DNA from: Octopus vulgaris | Lineage: Eukaryota | DNA: 64,000 nt | Direction: 5' to 3' | Assembly (NCBI GenBank): GCA_951406725.2 | Contig: OX597830.1 | Span: 53,754,001-53,818,000 of the forward strand | In this document: positions 37,550 through 51,793 of the stretch, one piece after another | Layout: each line of letters opens with the position of its first letter | How positions within the stretch are numbered: position 1 is the first letter of the stretch | Notes under the pieces: generated by a model | Seen by the model: only the letters and a program-made list of their open reading frames with translations | The model's database searches: none | Told to the model about the DNA's origin: nothing | Translations under genes and position numbers: made by a program

Positions 37550-38033
37550 AATAAGCAGTGAATACATGATATATTTCGTGTTACTCTGAAATAAATAATA
37601 TTTTAATAAAGAACATTATATATAAAATAAGTCAGTCATTATTGTTGTTATTAAAAACACAATGGAGTAACAAGAACTGGTACTGTTGGACCAAATACTT
37701 TATTGGTGGTGATCTTGTTATTTACGCCTTGGTCAAATCAGGTATGAGCCATTTTGGCATAGTTGTTTTGGCATTACCTATTTGGTTCTGCTGATTCAAT
37801 GCTGACTTACTTGGCATTAGATATTTTCTTTTCTTTTGTTCTCTCTCACTTTCTCTCCCCATTTGTGTGTGTGTGTATATAATAATAATTTGAGGGAATA
37901 TTACTCCTAACTTATTTTGCACATTACTTAATCATCGGTATATTATTGTTATTTTATATTTAATATTTCTATTATATGTAATTTTCTAGATGGTGTAATT
38001 TAATTGTTCATTTTGAATTGATAAAAGGTGTTT

Positions 38034-38074
<41 letters not shown>

Positions 38075-38545
38075 TTGTGTGTATATATACACATACACAT
38101 ATGTTTCATGTGTATGGAAGAGAGGGAATGTTTATGTCAGTTGTATTTAATTCAATTAATAAATCATGTGTGCCAGCATGTGTGTATGTTTGTCTCCAAG
38201 GCCAAACAGGCTGAATGTCCAGTCAGCCGTGCCAAATTGATCAACATCCAAACAGCTGCACCCAATTATCTCCTTCCAGATTGAACAGACATTTGACTGA
38301 AAGTCTTTCAGCTCTGACAATCCTGCCCTTTGTTCCTAGCAAGACTGAAGAGTCATTTCCACCTTATTATATTCTCCATTTATTTTGCTATTCACTTCTA
38401 TAGAGTGCTCTGAGTGTATTGTAACAAGGTGTCTGCACCAAAGAGATTTTCTTGTATCTAGCTTAGCTACAAAATCTGCAAAATTCTACCCTGGCTTACC
38501 TCTGTTTGCTAACCACTTTGCTGGGCATACTGGGTGTATAGGTAA

Positions 38546-38939
38546 TCTCTCTATATATATAAAGCTGAAGTTGTCTGTGTATGGCGGGTTTGGTAGCCTT
38601 CAACTAACACTATCTCCTCCAAGACCCAGCAGCACAAGTTGACCAAAATTGAGAGTATGATAGAAGAAGGCTTGCTCTTCCTTCCGTAGAAGAAAAAATT
38701 GAAATCGGACCATGTTAACACCAAAAATTATTTACATCAAAAAGGTGCTTTTTTTCTATGAAAATCCCTATTTTTTACGATTTTTTGACTGCTGTGTCGC
38801 CATTTTTCGGTGTATTTCAACCAGAAAAATGTTCACTTAAAGAGAATAAGAAGCTACATAATGCAAAATTTTTACTTTTCAAAAATTCCAATTCCAAAGG
38901 GTCGAAACAAACCCGAGCAACACCGGGCGATACTGCTAG
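38546..38939 (+). mobile_element. non-autonomous Helitron
   Basis: A|TC ... CCCGAGCAACACCGGG hairpin ... CTAG|T; inserted in an AT dinucleotide. Confidence 0.8.
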
Positions 38940-38999
38940 TAATAGATAATAATAATAGTACTAATGATGATGATGATAATTATTATTATTAATTTATTT

Positions 39000-39230
39000 A
39001 GGCAGCGAACTGGCAGAACTGTTAGCACGCTGGGCGAAATGCATAGCCGTATCTCGTCTGCTGTTACGTTCTGAGTTCAAATTCCGCCGAGGTTGACTTT
39101 GCCTTTCATCTTTTCGGGGTCGATAAATTAAGTACCAGTTATGTACTGGGGTCGATGTAATCGACTTAATCCGTTTGTCTGTCCTTGTTTGTCCCCTCTA
39201 TGTTTAGCCCCTTGTGGGTAATAAAGAAAC
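39000..39230 (+). mobile_element. Nin/Deu-domain tRNA SINE, near full length
   Basis: GGCAGCGAACTGGCAGAA..GAGTTCAAATTCC..GCCTTTCATCTTTTCGGGGTCGATAAATTAAGTACCAG. Confidence 0.8.
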
Positions 39231-40989
39231 AGATAATTATTATTATTAATTTGTAAGTGAAGCAGGAGAGCCGTAGCAGTAAATGGATCATGATATTGTT
39301 GATTATGTTGACTGATCACTGCCTTATTCAACTGGTTTTTATTTTAGCAGAGACTGCCCGGAAGTATGACATTAGAACAACACAAGTAGTAGCAGTGCTA
39401 CTACTACTAATAATAATAGCAATAATTTCTTTATTTATCACAAGGGGAATGGATAGGTTTGGAGGATTACAAGAATAAATTATGTTAGCTTCCTCATTCC
39501 ACCCAAGAGGGTTTCCATTGAAGGATTGCATAAGGGAGACAGGGCACGGAAAAACCCATATAACAAGAGAGGATTCCTGACAGAGAGCGAGAAAAGTTTG
39601 TGTGTTAGTATCTGTGACACTGCTTAATTAATAAATTATAATTGGACAGAGTTGGGAGGGAGAGCAGAGCGATGTTAGAACGGGGAGTAAACAGGAAATT
39701 CAATGTAATTTACCTAACAGAAAATCTCTCAACATTATTAGAAATTAATAATAATAATAATAATAACTTCATAAAATGTGTGTATTGTTTTGTTGTTTTC
39801 AAAGCACATACACACACACAGAGGAATATACATTTACACACACATCTACATTATACACATACACACGATGTATTTCATTAAGTAACTTTCTTTGATTAAA
39901 TCTCTTTGTCTGTCTGTCTTTCTTCAAGGAAAATATGTTTGCATATAATTTATATCTGTCTGCCTATCTATCTCTATATCTAGCCAACTAGTGATCTACC
40001 AAACTATCTTTTAGTCAATGGATACATACATTATGTGCACGCATATATACACAAATGTACATAGACAAGATCATCTCTTGCTAGAAAAAAAAAATCAGCT
40101 CTCCTCAAGATTATAGAATTTGTGGCAAAAAAAAAAATCCTATTGAAAACCAGAAGAATACAAAAACAAGTTAAAGCCATTGACAAATGCCCAGTGGATA
40201 TTTTACTGAATGAACTGTGATGGTATAGTTAAAAACTGAAAAACTGAAGCCATTTTTGGTGCCTGTGTAATTGGAATTGAATGTTTAGTCTTCATATAAG
40301 AGTCTGGTAATGTGGTGGAGAGAAAAAGAGATATAGAATAAAGGAGGGATAGTAGGAATAGAGAATATAAGAGAGGAGGAGTAGAGAATGCATTGGCGAC
40401 AAAGAATAATTGAGGGATAGAAGAGAGAATGTATGAGGAAGAGAAAGAGACAATAAGAGAGGGAAGGAGGAATAGAGAATTTGTAAGAGAGGGGTAGAAG
40501 TAGACAATGTACCTGGAAGTGTATAAGAGGTTGAAAGAGAGTAACAGTAAATGAGAGAGAGGGAAGGATAGAGAGAGACAGAGATAGTGTTAGAAGTTCT
40601 GTGTTCTTTCTTTTGTTTATGTCTCTCTAACTGAAAAAATGTTTAAAAAGTATAAGAACAAGAGAAAAGAACAGATAGATTCCCATAGCTGTGGGGTCAT
40701 CAGTGGGGATGGTCCTCTCTTGGAAAGGTTTATGTAAGATTAAAACATTCACATTTTTATACAAACTCATGCATATCCATCTGTATGTCTGTTGATGTGT
40801 ATAGAAAAGTATTTGTGTGTGTATGTGTTATTTTACTAGTTTCAGTCACTGGATTGCAGCCATGGTGATGGAATGTCTTTATGGTTTTTAGCTAGTCATA
40901 ATGTATTATTTCAGCATGGTATTTATTTCATTGAGTCGAGTGTGAGAGAATTGTGGAGTCTGGTCTATTGGAATGTAAGAGGACAAAGC

Positions 40990-41390
40990 TGAGTATGATC
41001 TGTTGGCATGTGAAAGGGAAGAGCTGAGTGTGATCTGTTAGCATGTGAAAGGGAAGAGTTGAGTGTGATCTGTTAGCATGTGAAAGGGAAGAGTTGAGTG
41101 TGAGCTGTTAGCATGTGAAAGGGAAGAGTTGAGTGTGAGCTGTTAGCATGTGAAAGGGAAGAGTTGAGTGTGATCTGTTAGCATGTGAAAGGGAAGAGTT
41201 GAGTGTGATCTGTTGGCATGTGAAAGGGAAGAGTTGAGTGTGATCTGTTGGCATGTGAAAGAGAAGAGTTGAGTGTGAGCTGTTGGCATGTGAAAAGGAA
41301 GAGCTGAGTGTGAGCTGTTGGCATGTGAAAGGGAAGAGTTGAGTGTGAGCTGTTGGCATGTGAAAGGGAAGAGTTGAGTGTGATCTGTTG
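40990..41390. repeat. 35-bp minisatellite, ~11.5 copies
   Basis: Unit GCATGTGAAAGGGAAGAGTTGAGTGTGATCTGTTA at 41006, 41041, 41076 ... 41356. Confidence 0.95.
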
Positions 41391-41934
41391 TATTTGCAAT
41401 GCAATTTTCCTTTTTTTTTTTTGTTTTTTCTAAGTTGCTAAGAAAGGAAGGGACTCTTGCAGACATTCCACTGGGACTGGATAATGTCGATGAGGCCCAT
41501 GTGTGTAGATTCTTCTTTTCAGATTCTACCTGGTGGTTATGGTTCATGTTCAGTTTGAAGATGGTATTCTAAAAGTTCGCAGTTGTGGAGCAGAAAGGCA
41601 GGAAAGGAGAGAAATGTTTTCTGTGGATAATGAGTGATGAGGTACAGTAAGAGTGGATATAAAGAGAAAGATTGATGTAGATGGAAGGGATTAGGCAATT
41701 AGCTACTTGAAGGGGCTGTTGTAGTTGCAAGAGAAGAGAGGGGACACAGTGTGCCTGTAAGCAAGATATTGTAATAGCTCATGTATGAATCTTTGCTAAT
41801 CAATTTTATGGCCTTTCTTTTGAATCTGTGTGTGTTGTAGATTGGCTGAATTGTTTAGAACGTTATTTGGCAATCAAGAGGTCCCGTTTCAATTCTGCTG
41901 CATGGCATCTTGCATGTCTTTTAGCGTAACCACA

Positions 41935-42265
41935 ATAGTTAAGACACCCGTGCCGGTGACACGTAAAAAGCACCGTCTGAACGTGGCAGATGCCAGCGCC
42001 GCCTGACTGGCGTCCGTGTCGGTGACACGTAAAAGCACCAACTGATCGTGGCCATTTGCCAGCCTGCTCTGGCCCCCATGCCGGTGGTACGTAAAAAGCA
42101 CCCACTACACTCACGGAGTGGTTGGCGTTAGGATGGGCATCCAGCTGTGGGAACACTGCCAAATCAGACTGGAGCCTGGTGCAGCCTCCTGGCTTCCCAG
42201 ACCCCGGTCGAACCATCCAGCCCATGCTAGCACGGAAAGTGGACGTTAAATGATGATGATGATGA
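41935..42265 (+). mobile_element. RTE-tailed repeat
   Basis: GTGCCGGTGACACGTAAAAAGCACC subrepeats, ends GGACGTTAAA(TGA)n. Confidence 0.8.
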
Positions 42266-43626
42266 CAGGGTAATTCAAAGCCTTGGAATGAAATTAGGCC
42301 ACCAGAAACTGTGTCGAAGCCAAGCAGATGGACTGGGCCTGAAATTCGAAAGGTATTACCTTCCTTGTCACATGCTGTGTGTGTTATGTTGATTCTACCT
42401 GAGGGTTATGTTAACCTTTTAGCATTCAAACCAGCCATACCTGGCCTCAATAATCTACCTGTTTTATGTTCAAACTGGCCAGATCTGGTCTCTCACACTG
42501 ACCCTATCATACCATTCTAAAAGTAAACTACCACATCATCAAAATCCCAAAGCTACAAGATAATGATTAATTTAAAACAGTATGAATAGGCATCACATTT
42601 GGCAAAGTAACCTGAATACTAAAGGGTTAAGTGTGTGTGTGTCTGGAATTCTCAATCACTTACATTAATTCAAGGCGTTTACTACTTTGGTTGGTCAAAC
42701 AATTGGATTCACTCTGATAAGATCATTGGAGGTCTGTTGAAATTCCATGTGTGTGTGTGTGTGTGTGGCAGTGGTGCCATCATGTGAGTCGTACTCTGAT
42801 GAAGATCTTATTCAGTAATGTAACAGAGAGTAGGTTTCCACCCTGGACAATGCTTTTAGTGTGGCACTTTTGTGTTTGTTGTGTAAGACTATCGGCTCGG
42901 GACCCACAAGGATGGGAATGGGCAAACTTGAGAACTGCCATGGGTGGCACACACTCAGGGTATGTTACTGGTCTTATTTTAAATGACATATCTACACAAG
43001 TGTGCCTGCCCCTCCAACTTTGTTTCCTCATAACTTCTAGAAAAATGGATATCTTTTAATGAAAGTATCTACAAATACTTTTGCAGAAAGTGTAGATTCT
43101 GACTATATTAGAATTTATTGTGAAATCTTTTTTTCTGAGGGTGGAGAGAGGAGTTTCAGAAAATTCACAAAAGTTGACTTTGTTTCCTCATAACTTCCAT
43201 GTTTTTTTTTTAATGAAATTTACTACAAATACCCTGCAGATGCTGTTGATAGATTACGATGGTGAAAAAATAAAATTGTCTGGCACACATAGATACATAC
43301 TGACACATATCACAATTTTTCAAAGAAATTTCAAGTTTCATTTTGGGGACTATAGGTGACAAAACAAAAACTGCCAGAAAGAAAATAACAAACAACTTAA
43401 AACAAAACCCCAAAAATTATTTGTTTTTTTTTTAAATATTTCTTTGTTCTTTTTAAAAATGTGAAGCAGAAGATAATGTAAGAGTATGTGTATGTATATT
43501 TAGGTGTGTATGTGCATGTAGTAGTGTATGTGTGTAGTTGTGTATGTATACTTATGTATATGTGTGTGTACATTTGTGTATATATTTGTGTATGATTGTG
43601 TATATATGTTTGTATGCATGGTTGTA

Positions 43627-43679
<53 letters not shown>

Positions 43680-43855
43680 TATATGTGTGCATGTATTTTA
43701 TGACCTTTGATTTAGTTTGTGTAGAGGTTACAGGTTATTTTTTTTTTCTAGTTTTTTTTTTTCCTAAAAATGTTGTTTGACCTTTCTAATTATTCACTGT
43801 TAAAAGTGGGGAAACTCTCCCATTAAAGAACTTTGTTCTGATTCCTTTCTAACAG

Positions 43856-43920
43856 GATGTGATTGGCTTGGAGGGAATTAATTACAGACAATTCCCACAC
43901 AGTTTGAAACTGCTGAAATG
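43856..43920 (+). other. candidate 65-nt exon (likely 5'UTR)
   Basis: Acceptor TTCTGATTCCTTTCTAACAG| and donor ATG|GTAAAC; unique sequence between microsatellites. Confidence 0.3.
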
Positions 43921-44271
43921 GTAAACAGCTGTTTACTGATAAATATTACTGTACATGGTGTGTGTGTGTGTGTGTGTGTGTGTTTGTGTGTGCATATATA
44001 TATATATACACATGTACACAATGCATATTCATTAATGTCTGAGCAGATGTGGTGGTATGTTAGTGTACAGAAGTTACTTCTTTGTTGTAGAGCTTTTGTA
44101 TTGTGAGAAGACAGATGCACTTCTCCCCATGTCTCTCTTTTATCTTTTTCACACTTTATATATATATTTATATATATATTTATTTATATAGATATGTGTG
44201 TGTGTGTGTGTGTATGCCTGCATATGCTTAAATATATATGTTTGTAAAAATATGTATATATTGTATATTTT

Positions 44272-44304
<33 letters not shown>

Positions 44305-44944
44305 GCATGCATATGTATGTCCATTTTGTGTATGATATTTTTGTGTGGAGATATGTGTATATACACATAAGTTTATATACATACTCACACACATATATGT
44401 AATAGAAATGTGTAAGTGTGTATACACATCCCCACACACACATACATACATACATACATACATACATACATACATACATGCATATATCTAATAGATACAC
44501 AGATCTCTCATACACACACTTAGAGCTATTTCTTCTTTGGTGTTAATTAACTTAGAACTGCAACCCAATAATAATTAATATGATTAGGTACAACAAATGT
44601 GATTCTGAGGTTAATTCTATAATAGGATGGGGGAGGGGAGTGATCACGGCACTATTGAGTGTTAACTACTTTTGGAATAATTAGTCACTGTTGCTGTAGA
44701 TTGGCAGAATGATATAAAGATAAACTGCCTTGTGGTATTTAGTTACGGCTCTGTAGGATCTGAGTTCAAATTCCTTTCATCCTTCCAAGGTATCTAAGAA
44801 TCCAGGATTTCCGATTGGCAGAGTCTTTTCCCATCTTAATATCATCAATGTTTCCATCTAGCTCAACTTTGCATTTTGTCCTTCCAAGGTATCTAAGAGT
44901 TCAGGATTTCTGATTGGCTGGATCTCACCCCTTCTTAATATTAC

Positions 44945-45715
44945 CATTGTTTTTCAAGAGAAACGTAAAGGGCCATGAATGCTAAGGACATGTGTAAGCT
45001 TGGAAGAAATGAAGCTAGTATGATCCGCTGGATGTGTAATGTCAGTGTGCATGCACAAGAGAGTGTAAGTGCCCTGAAAGGACATGGGATGAGGTGGTGA
45101 AGCATGACCTTCGAACATTGGACCTCACAAAGGTAATGATGGAAGTCCGGTACCTTTGGAGATATGCTGTGATTGAGAAGACCCAGCAACTAAAGTGAGA
45201 TGGCAGCTACACATATCCAGCCCTATTAAGAATAACCTTGATGCATCAGGCAATATGATATGCTTGAGAAGATCTGTTGAGTCAAGTAAAACCTATATTG
45301 TAGCTGTGGCCAGTGCTCCCTGATTGGCTCCCATGCCAGTGGCATGTAAAGGGCACTATCTGAATGTGGCTGATGCCAGGTCTGCCTCACTGGCTCCCAT
45401 GCCAGTGGCATGTAAAAAGCACCGATGAATTGTGACCGATGCCAGTATCCCTTGACTGGCTCTTGTGCCAGTGGCTTGTAGAAAGTACCATCTGATTGTG
45501 ATTGATGCCAGGCTCACCTGACTAGCTCTTGTGCCAGTGGCACATAAAAGCACCCACTACACTCTCAGAGTAGCTGGCATTAGGAAGGGCATCTGGCTGT
45601 AGAAACATTGTCAGATCAGATTGGTGCCTGGTGCAGCTGCTGGCTCTCCATCCTCAGTCAAACCATCCAACCCATGCCAGTATGGAAAACAGACGTTAAA
45701 TGAGGATGATGATGA
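44945..45715 (+). mobile_element. 3' end of an RTE-clade LINE (decayed ORF C-terminus, 3'UTR subrepeats, (GAT)n tail)
   Basis: AMNAKDMCKLGRNEASMIRWMCNVS reading, contiguous with the repeat tail found throughout the window. Confidence 0.75.
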
Positions 45716-45939
45716 AGTTAACCACTAAATGTATAAAATTGGGTTAAATATTTTAATTAAACTGTGAAGCTTAGTGTTGCATTTATTTGTCATTGTGTAT
45801 GTTAAATCCTTCTTATTGACATTTTTGAGCAGAATTATACTGACTATGCATTTCAGTTAATGAAGGTTTAGAAACTATTTCAAAATAATCAAGAATTTGG
45901 GAGTGGGTTTAGTCTCTAACAGCTAACATTATTATACTT

Positions 45940-46545
45940 TATTAATACTTTTGTTACCATATTTCTGTTAAAACACACTGCCCTTATTTCAATTACTTTT
46001 TGAATGAAATGAAGAATTTTGCAAAATAGCTTTGTCCATTATTCAGCTGGTATTTGGAATGGAAATTAGCTGGGAAGTTTTAACTCAGATCACATTAACC
46101 CTTTTCATACCAACCCACCTGAGACTGCCCTTGGTTTTATGATATAAATTTTATACTTTAAAGTAATCTCAAATAAAACTCCATCAAAATTCGATGTTAA
46201 TTTATGTTCCAAACCAGCTTAATAATGACATTATTTTACCAAATTCTTCATTATTTTTAGAATTAATTGAAACAAAAGCAGTGTATTTCAACAGAAATAT
46301 GGTAACAAAAGGGTTAAGATGGGAAGCTTGTATAATAGAAAAGAGTTAGTCTCAGGGAGTGGGTGGGTGGGGTATATTAAAATGGTAAAATTAATGTTCG
46401 GCACATAACATAATGGGGAAAAAAATGGTTTTCGCATAAAATTATTGTAGAGCATTTAAATTCAAAGAATCACTTTAAAATGAGCAGTTTTGTGTAATAG
46501 AGGCAAGGGCGGTCTCAGCCGTGTTGGCTTCAAAGAGTTAAATAA
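45940..46545. mobile_element. nested TTAA piggyBac-type MITEs
   Basis: TTAACCCTTTTCATACC...GGTAACAAAAGGGTTAA at 46096-46317 inside a related element. Confidence 0.65.
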
Positions 46546-48529
46546 CATTGACACAGGCTATTTTATGGTTCATAACTTGGCTTTTCGCCATTAAAAATTT
46601 GGAATATATTTCCAACAGATTCCAATTTGTTTTTCAGACTCTCTTTACTTTCTCTGTTTTATCAAGAAAGTTTATTTTTTAAAAAATTTTTTTGCATGTT
46701 GAAAATTTTAAATAGAATTTGAGGAATTTCATTTTTTAAAAAAAAAGTTTTTGACATCTTTTTTTCTCTAAGTTGTTGACAGAATTAAAAATCTGACAAA
46801 CAGCTTGTTTGATAATTAGTTTAAGCTTATGTTCAAGGAGGAAAAAAAACACAACAAAAACAAAAAAGAAGAAAATTATAAATAGTTTACATATAATTTG
46901 CATAATTCCAAAATGAATTCATCATTTTCTGAAGTAAAATAAAAAAAAAAAATTGAAATGAAAATCAATTTGAAATTTGTTTATAACATTTAAGTGGTCT
47001 TAACTTTCTTAATGGCTGTTGTTGTTTAACCCCAGGCCAATCCTGACCAAGCAGATCTAAGGATCAAAGTTGTTCCAGCGATGACCATTCTACTTCTTGT
47101 TCTTAGACATAGTGTATCTTAGATTACATTATCCAATGTATCGTTCCATTTATTTTAAATCGTTTATTGTGACTTGAGGGAGATTTGGTTACTATTTCTA
47201 GCTAAGGAGAGGTCATGTAGAGGATCTATTTTCAGTTCTGTACAAATTTGCTTTGAGTAGCACAGTTGGTTCAGACACTATAATACAGATAAGAGTTACT
47301 GGGGAAGTTACTTGTGACATATTATTTCCTATCCAGGGGCAGTCGAGATTTACTTGATGTTTATTTTGAAAACATTAAGCCAATGCTGATCAATGACTTT
47401 TACCAATCCTTTGACATTTCTGCAGGTATTTTCATGTTGGCATCAGCTGCATATTTGCTCAAAGAAAATATGGGGAAAAATCAGAAATTGTTTTGATGGA
47501 TCAGAGCAAAAAAAACACAAGGGTGGATGTTAAAACACTACTGAGAATGATGATGATGATGATGGTGGTGGTGATGAGGATGATAGAAATGGTGATAATG
47601 ATACTGATGAGGGGATGATGGAAATTATGATGATGATGATTTTTAGCAACATGGTGAGGATAATAGTTTCCATAATGATGATGATGATGATGAAAGCAAA
47701 GATGATTGTAAGCAGGATGAAAATGAAAGTAATAATGATAGTGCTAATAGTGTTGTTGTTGATGATGATGATGATGTCTTAGTATGTTAAGCATTGATTG
47801 AAAATGAGAAAAAAAAAAATTCCTTTATGCTTTTATGCGAAAGAAAACGTTAGAAAAAAAAACAAAACAAAGCAAAAAGAGAACAAAAAGAAACCTCTAC
47901 CACCACGACCACCACCACCAAACACTTGATGAAACAGCTTGTCTAACAAAAAAACAAGACAATAACAAAAAACAAATCACAACAAACATGAAAGCTATCA
48001 AAGGATACAGTCGAAGCCCTTTCAAGTCTATAGTTCCTGGCAGTATTGTGTAATGGCTACGGCTAGATCTGCAGTTATCTACATATGTATAATTATACAT
48101 ACATACATACCTCTATGAATAACTACAGACCTCCCAACCTAACTACCCACACATCTATCTACCTATAGACCTATTCACATACATAGGACTATAGTTATAG
48201 ATGCATAGATACTTACATATCTACCTATCTCTACCCTTATAGTCCTTCCTGTATACATAGAGCTATAGTTATAATTATATGGGTACATTTATACAGATGT
48301 TTATACATATATACCTACCTGTATATCTAACTGCATATGCAGAGCTAGAGCTGCATTTACATACCTATTTTGATACCTACCTCTGGACTTATAACTAGAG
48401 CTATGTACCCACATACACACATATAGACATACATATATATATGTATGTCTATGTGTGTACACACACATGTACATGCACACATGCATGCATATAGACATAC
48501 ATACATCTATACATATAGGCATGCAAACT

Positions 48530-48785
48530 TGATGATGTCTTTTTGGTCTAGAAAGGAACATAGGATATTCCAGTTGAACTGCATCCTTCAAAACTTCCAT
48601 GCTTCCTGAGATTCACCAACACTACACCTGATTTTCTCCCCTCCATACACATGCAAGCATGTATCTGACTCATACACTGTTCACTTCCCAGACATTTGTA
48701 CATTACTGCATATTCTTTATATGCACTTTTGACAAGTTGTGGTGCACCTGAGCACTGGATACAATAATTTCATTATTATTATTTT
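48530..48785 (+). mobile_element. probable CR1/L2-type LINE 3' tail
   Basis: Ends CACCTGAGCACTGGATACAATAATTTC(ATT)n; family assignment is tentative. Confidence 0.4.
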
Positions 48786-49399
48786 AAATTTTGAATATCT
48801 GCATTTCTCTATATTTCTTGTTTTGAACATGAAGAAGACAGACACTCTGTTGAAATATTGTTCAGTTCAATAAACCATGTGTTTTATTATTTATCATATT
48901 GTACCATTTTTATAGTATTTACCTTCATGAAGAGTTATGTCAGAAGTGTTAGCATGCTGGATAAAATGCTGAACCATATTTATTTTGAGATGCTCTGCGT
49001 TTCTTTCAATTAATTTTAAATATAACAAAGGATTTAGTAAAATAACTTAGTTATCGTTAAGCTAAAATTGTGACTAAGATTTGGTGGAAGATTTTAACTC
49101 AAAACTTATGAAAACACAACATTTGTGCTATAAAGCCAGAGGTGGTTTCAGCCAGGTTGGTATGAAAAGGGTTAAGGGAATTTCTTCTGATTTTATATTC
49201 TTAGTGCAAATCCCACCAAAGTGCCTTTCATCTTTTAGAGGTTGATAAGATATTACCTGTCAAGCATTGAAGTTGATGTAATCAACTATCCCCCCCCCCC
49301 CACAATTTCAATCCTTGTGCCTATAGTAGAAAGAAATGCCATTATTATTATTTGAAGGTGCAGGTTCTTGAATCATTTCTCTGAATTTCATGTTACTAT

Positions 49400-49790
49400 T
49401 TTTTTTTCTTTTTTCTTTATGCCTTTAACCCTCCAATGCGAAGTATAGGCCACTTATAATTGAATTCCATGTCGCATAATTTTTCACTTCAGTACTTATA
49501 CTCTGCCATGAATGTCCCCCCTTTCTCTAGTTCCTTCTGTGTTGATCTCTGCCACGAGTTCTTAGGCCTACCTCTTCTATATCCATCCGGTTTCCACTGT
49601 AAAGCACTTTTCGCTACATTTGGTGTGTCTTTTCTAATTGTGCTACCAATCCACTTCCACTTTTTCTTAAATATTTGCTCCCTTATTGAAACTGCATTTG
49701 TTCTTTGCCATAGCTCCATATTGCCTATGTGTTCGGGCCATCTAATTTTAAGTATACTAATATTACAAACAATTAATGAAGGGAAGCAGT
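49400..49790 (-). mobile_element. RTE-type LINE ORF C-terminal fragment
   Basis: ILKIRWPEHIGNMELWQRT...WKWIGSTIRK...ALQWKPDGYRRGRPKNSW. Confidence 0.85.
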
Positions 49791-50073
49791 GTGATAATAC
49801 ATAAGCAAAAATACACATAAACACATCAAAATATCATTAACCACAAAAAAAAAAACAAACTTGTTAGAGAATGCATCACACATTCATCTATTCACATGCA
49901 AAAGCAATTAGTATTTTTAAGTCTAAAATAATATATTTATGTAAAACACATAAAAGCATGCACGATTTTTTGCATGTAGAAGAATAATTATATGACATAC
50001 CATGTTTGTGCACGTAGAACATTTGATTAAATGAATGTCTCAAGACACATATCACCTGCTGGATGTGTAACAA

Positions 50074-50274
50074 TTAAACAGAGGATCGTGTGACCCATTT
50101 TACAAAGATTTTTTGGCGACCAGTCAAATCTTGATAAGTAATCATACTTTGATGTTTATAAATATTTTCCCCTGTAATATTGGTCAGGGTGATTCCCTCA
50201 ATCAGTTGTTTAATAATCAACTGGTGCTCAGAGTAGTGATTTTTATAAGCTTCAGCGTCTGATAAAATATGCAT
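50074..50274 (-). pseudogene. possible decayed hAT (Buster-like) transposase fragment
   Basis: LTNITGENIY and LTGRQKIFVKWV resemble the hAT TTGEDIF and MTGRHKGFV motifs; judged by eye only. Confidence 0.3.
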
Positions 50275-51533
50275 ACTCTAGTTTATGCATTGAGTACTTT
50301 TTCATTGGAAACACAAATGTACAGCTATCTATCTATGCACCTCGCCCCCTTCTTTGTGTCTGAAAGTTAAGGTGAAAGCAAAATAATTTAATTGCAAACA
50401 CATCATCATTATCGTTGTTGTTATTCATCAGAGCCTTAAAGTGCATATGAATTCCATAGTGTAGTAGTAGCAATACCATTAACTCCTATACCATGGTTTG
50501 TTGTACAAGTTGCAGGGGTAGGAGGATGATGACTATGAGTAGATAGTTGTTTATGTGTGTGTGTGTGTGTGTGTGTGTGCTTGGATATGTATGTAAGCAT
50601 GTGTAGGGGGTGATTTCAATAAAATTCTTTGGCTTTTCACAATTCTATTTTAATCTTTAATGGCTTTCATCCACTCAAAATGGAATTAATTTCTGAACAA
50701 TTCAGCAGAAACTATTGGAATAACGAAAAAAAATATTAAAAAAAGGCAAGATTAGAAACAGTAAAGTCTTTTGTATGTGAGTGTGTACATGTGTGTATGT
50801 ATGTATGTATGTATGTATGTATGTATGTATGTATATAAGTATGTATGCATATATGCATGTATGTATGTGTATAATGTATTTCTGAACATACATGTTATAA
50901 AAAGCTATTTGGTGCCACTTTAATTGTTGGCACTCTGAGTTTCGTGTTGTTGGTTAAGTTCAAAGTAATGATTAAGCAGCTCCATAAATGTTCATCAATC
51001 CACACACACACACACACATGCACACACACACACATGCACATGCACACACACACACATGCACACACGCACACATATTCAACACATTGATCTTTATGGAGTG
51101 AAACTTCAAAATCCACTGATTATTATTATTATTTTCACATTATATCCTATCATCATCATCATCATCACGGCTACCACATCTATTATCATTATTATCATTT
51201 ATATTTGATCTTGCAAAAACTGAACCCCCCCCCCCCAAAAAAAAAACAGACTGAATTAAAAAATTATTTTTATTTTATCTATGTAAGTATAAAAGTGGGG
51301 AGAGAGAGCGAGAGAGAAGCAAATGGAAGGATGTTTGAAGTGAAGAAGTGTGAGCCATATCTCTAACATTGGAATCATTTTTAAGATTTCCGTAAAATAT
51401 GTATTGAATTCAGAAAATTCACCTTGAAAAATAAACTGGGTCACATCATTTTTTGCTCACTTTAAAATTTTTTTTCATTTACAACTTTTTGTATACATGT
51501 ATATGTTTATAGATGCTTATATATAGTTATATA

Positions 51534-51586
<53 letters not shown>

Positions 51587-51753
51587 GTGTGTGTGTGTGT
51601 ATGCATGTACTTTTGTAAGTGCATGTGTATATGAAAGTGTACAGTTTATTTTTACCAAAACCAGAGTGCTCACTTTAGTATGTAAGTGTGTGTGTGTATA
51701 TGTATGTATATATATATATATATATATGTATATAGTGCTCACTTTAGTATGTA

Positions 51754-51793
<40 letters not shown>

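Noticed and set aside
40990-41390. CRISPR-like array
   Set aside because: Units are contiguous with no unique spacers, there are no cas genes, and the context is eukaryotic
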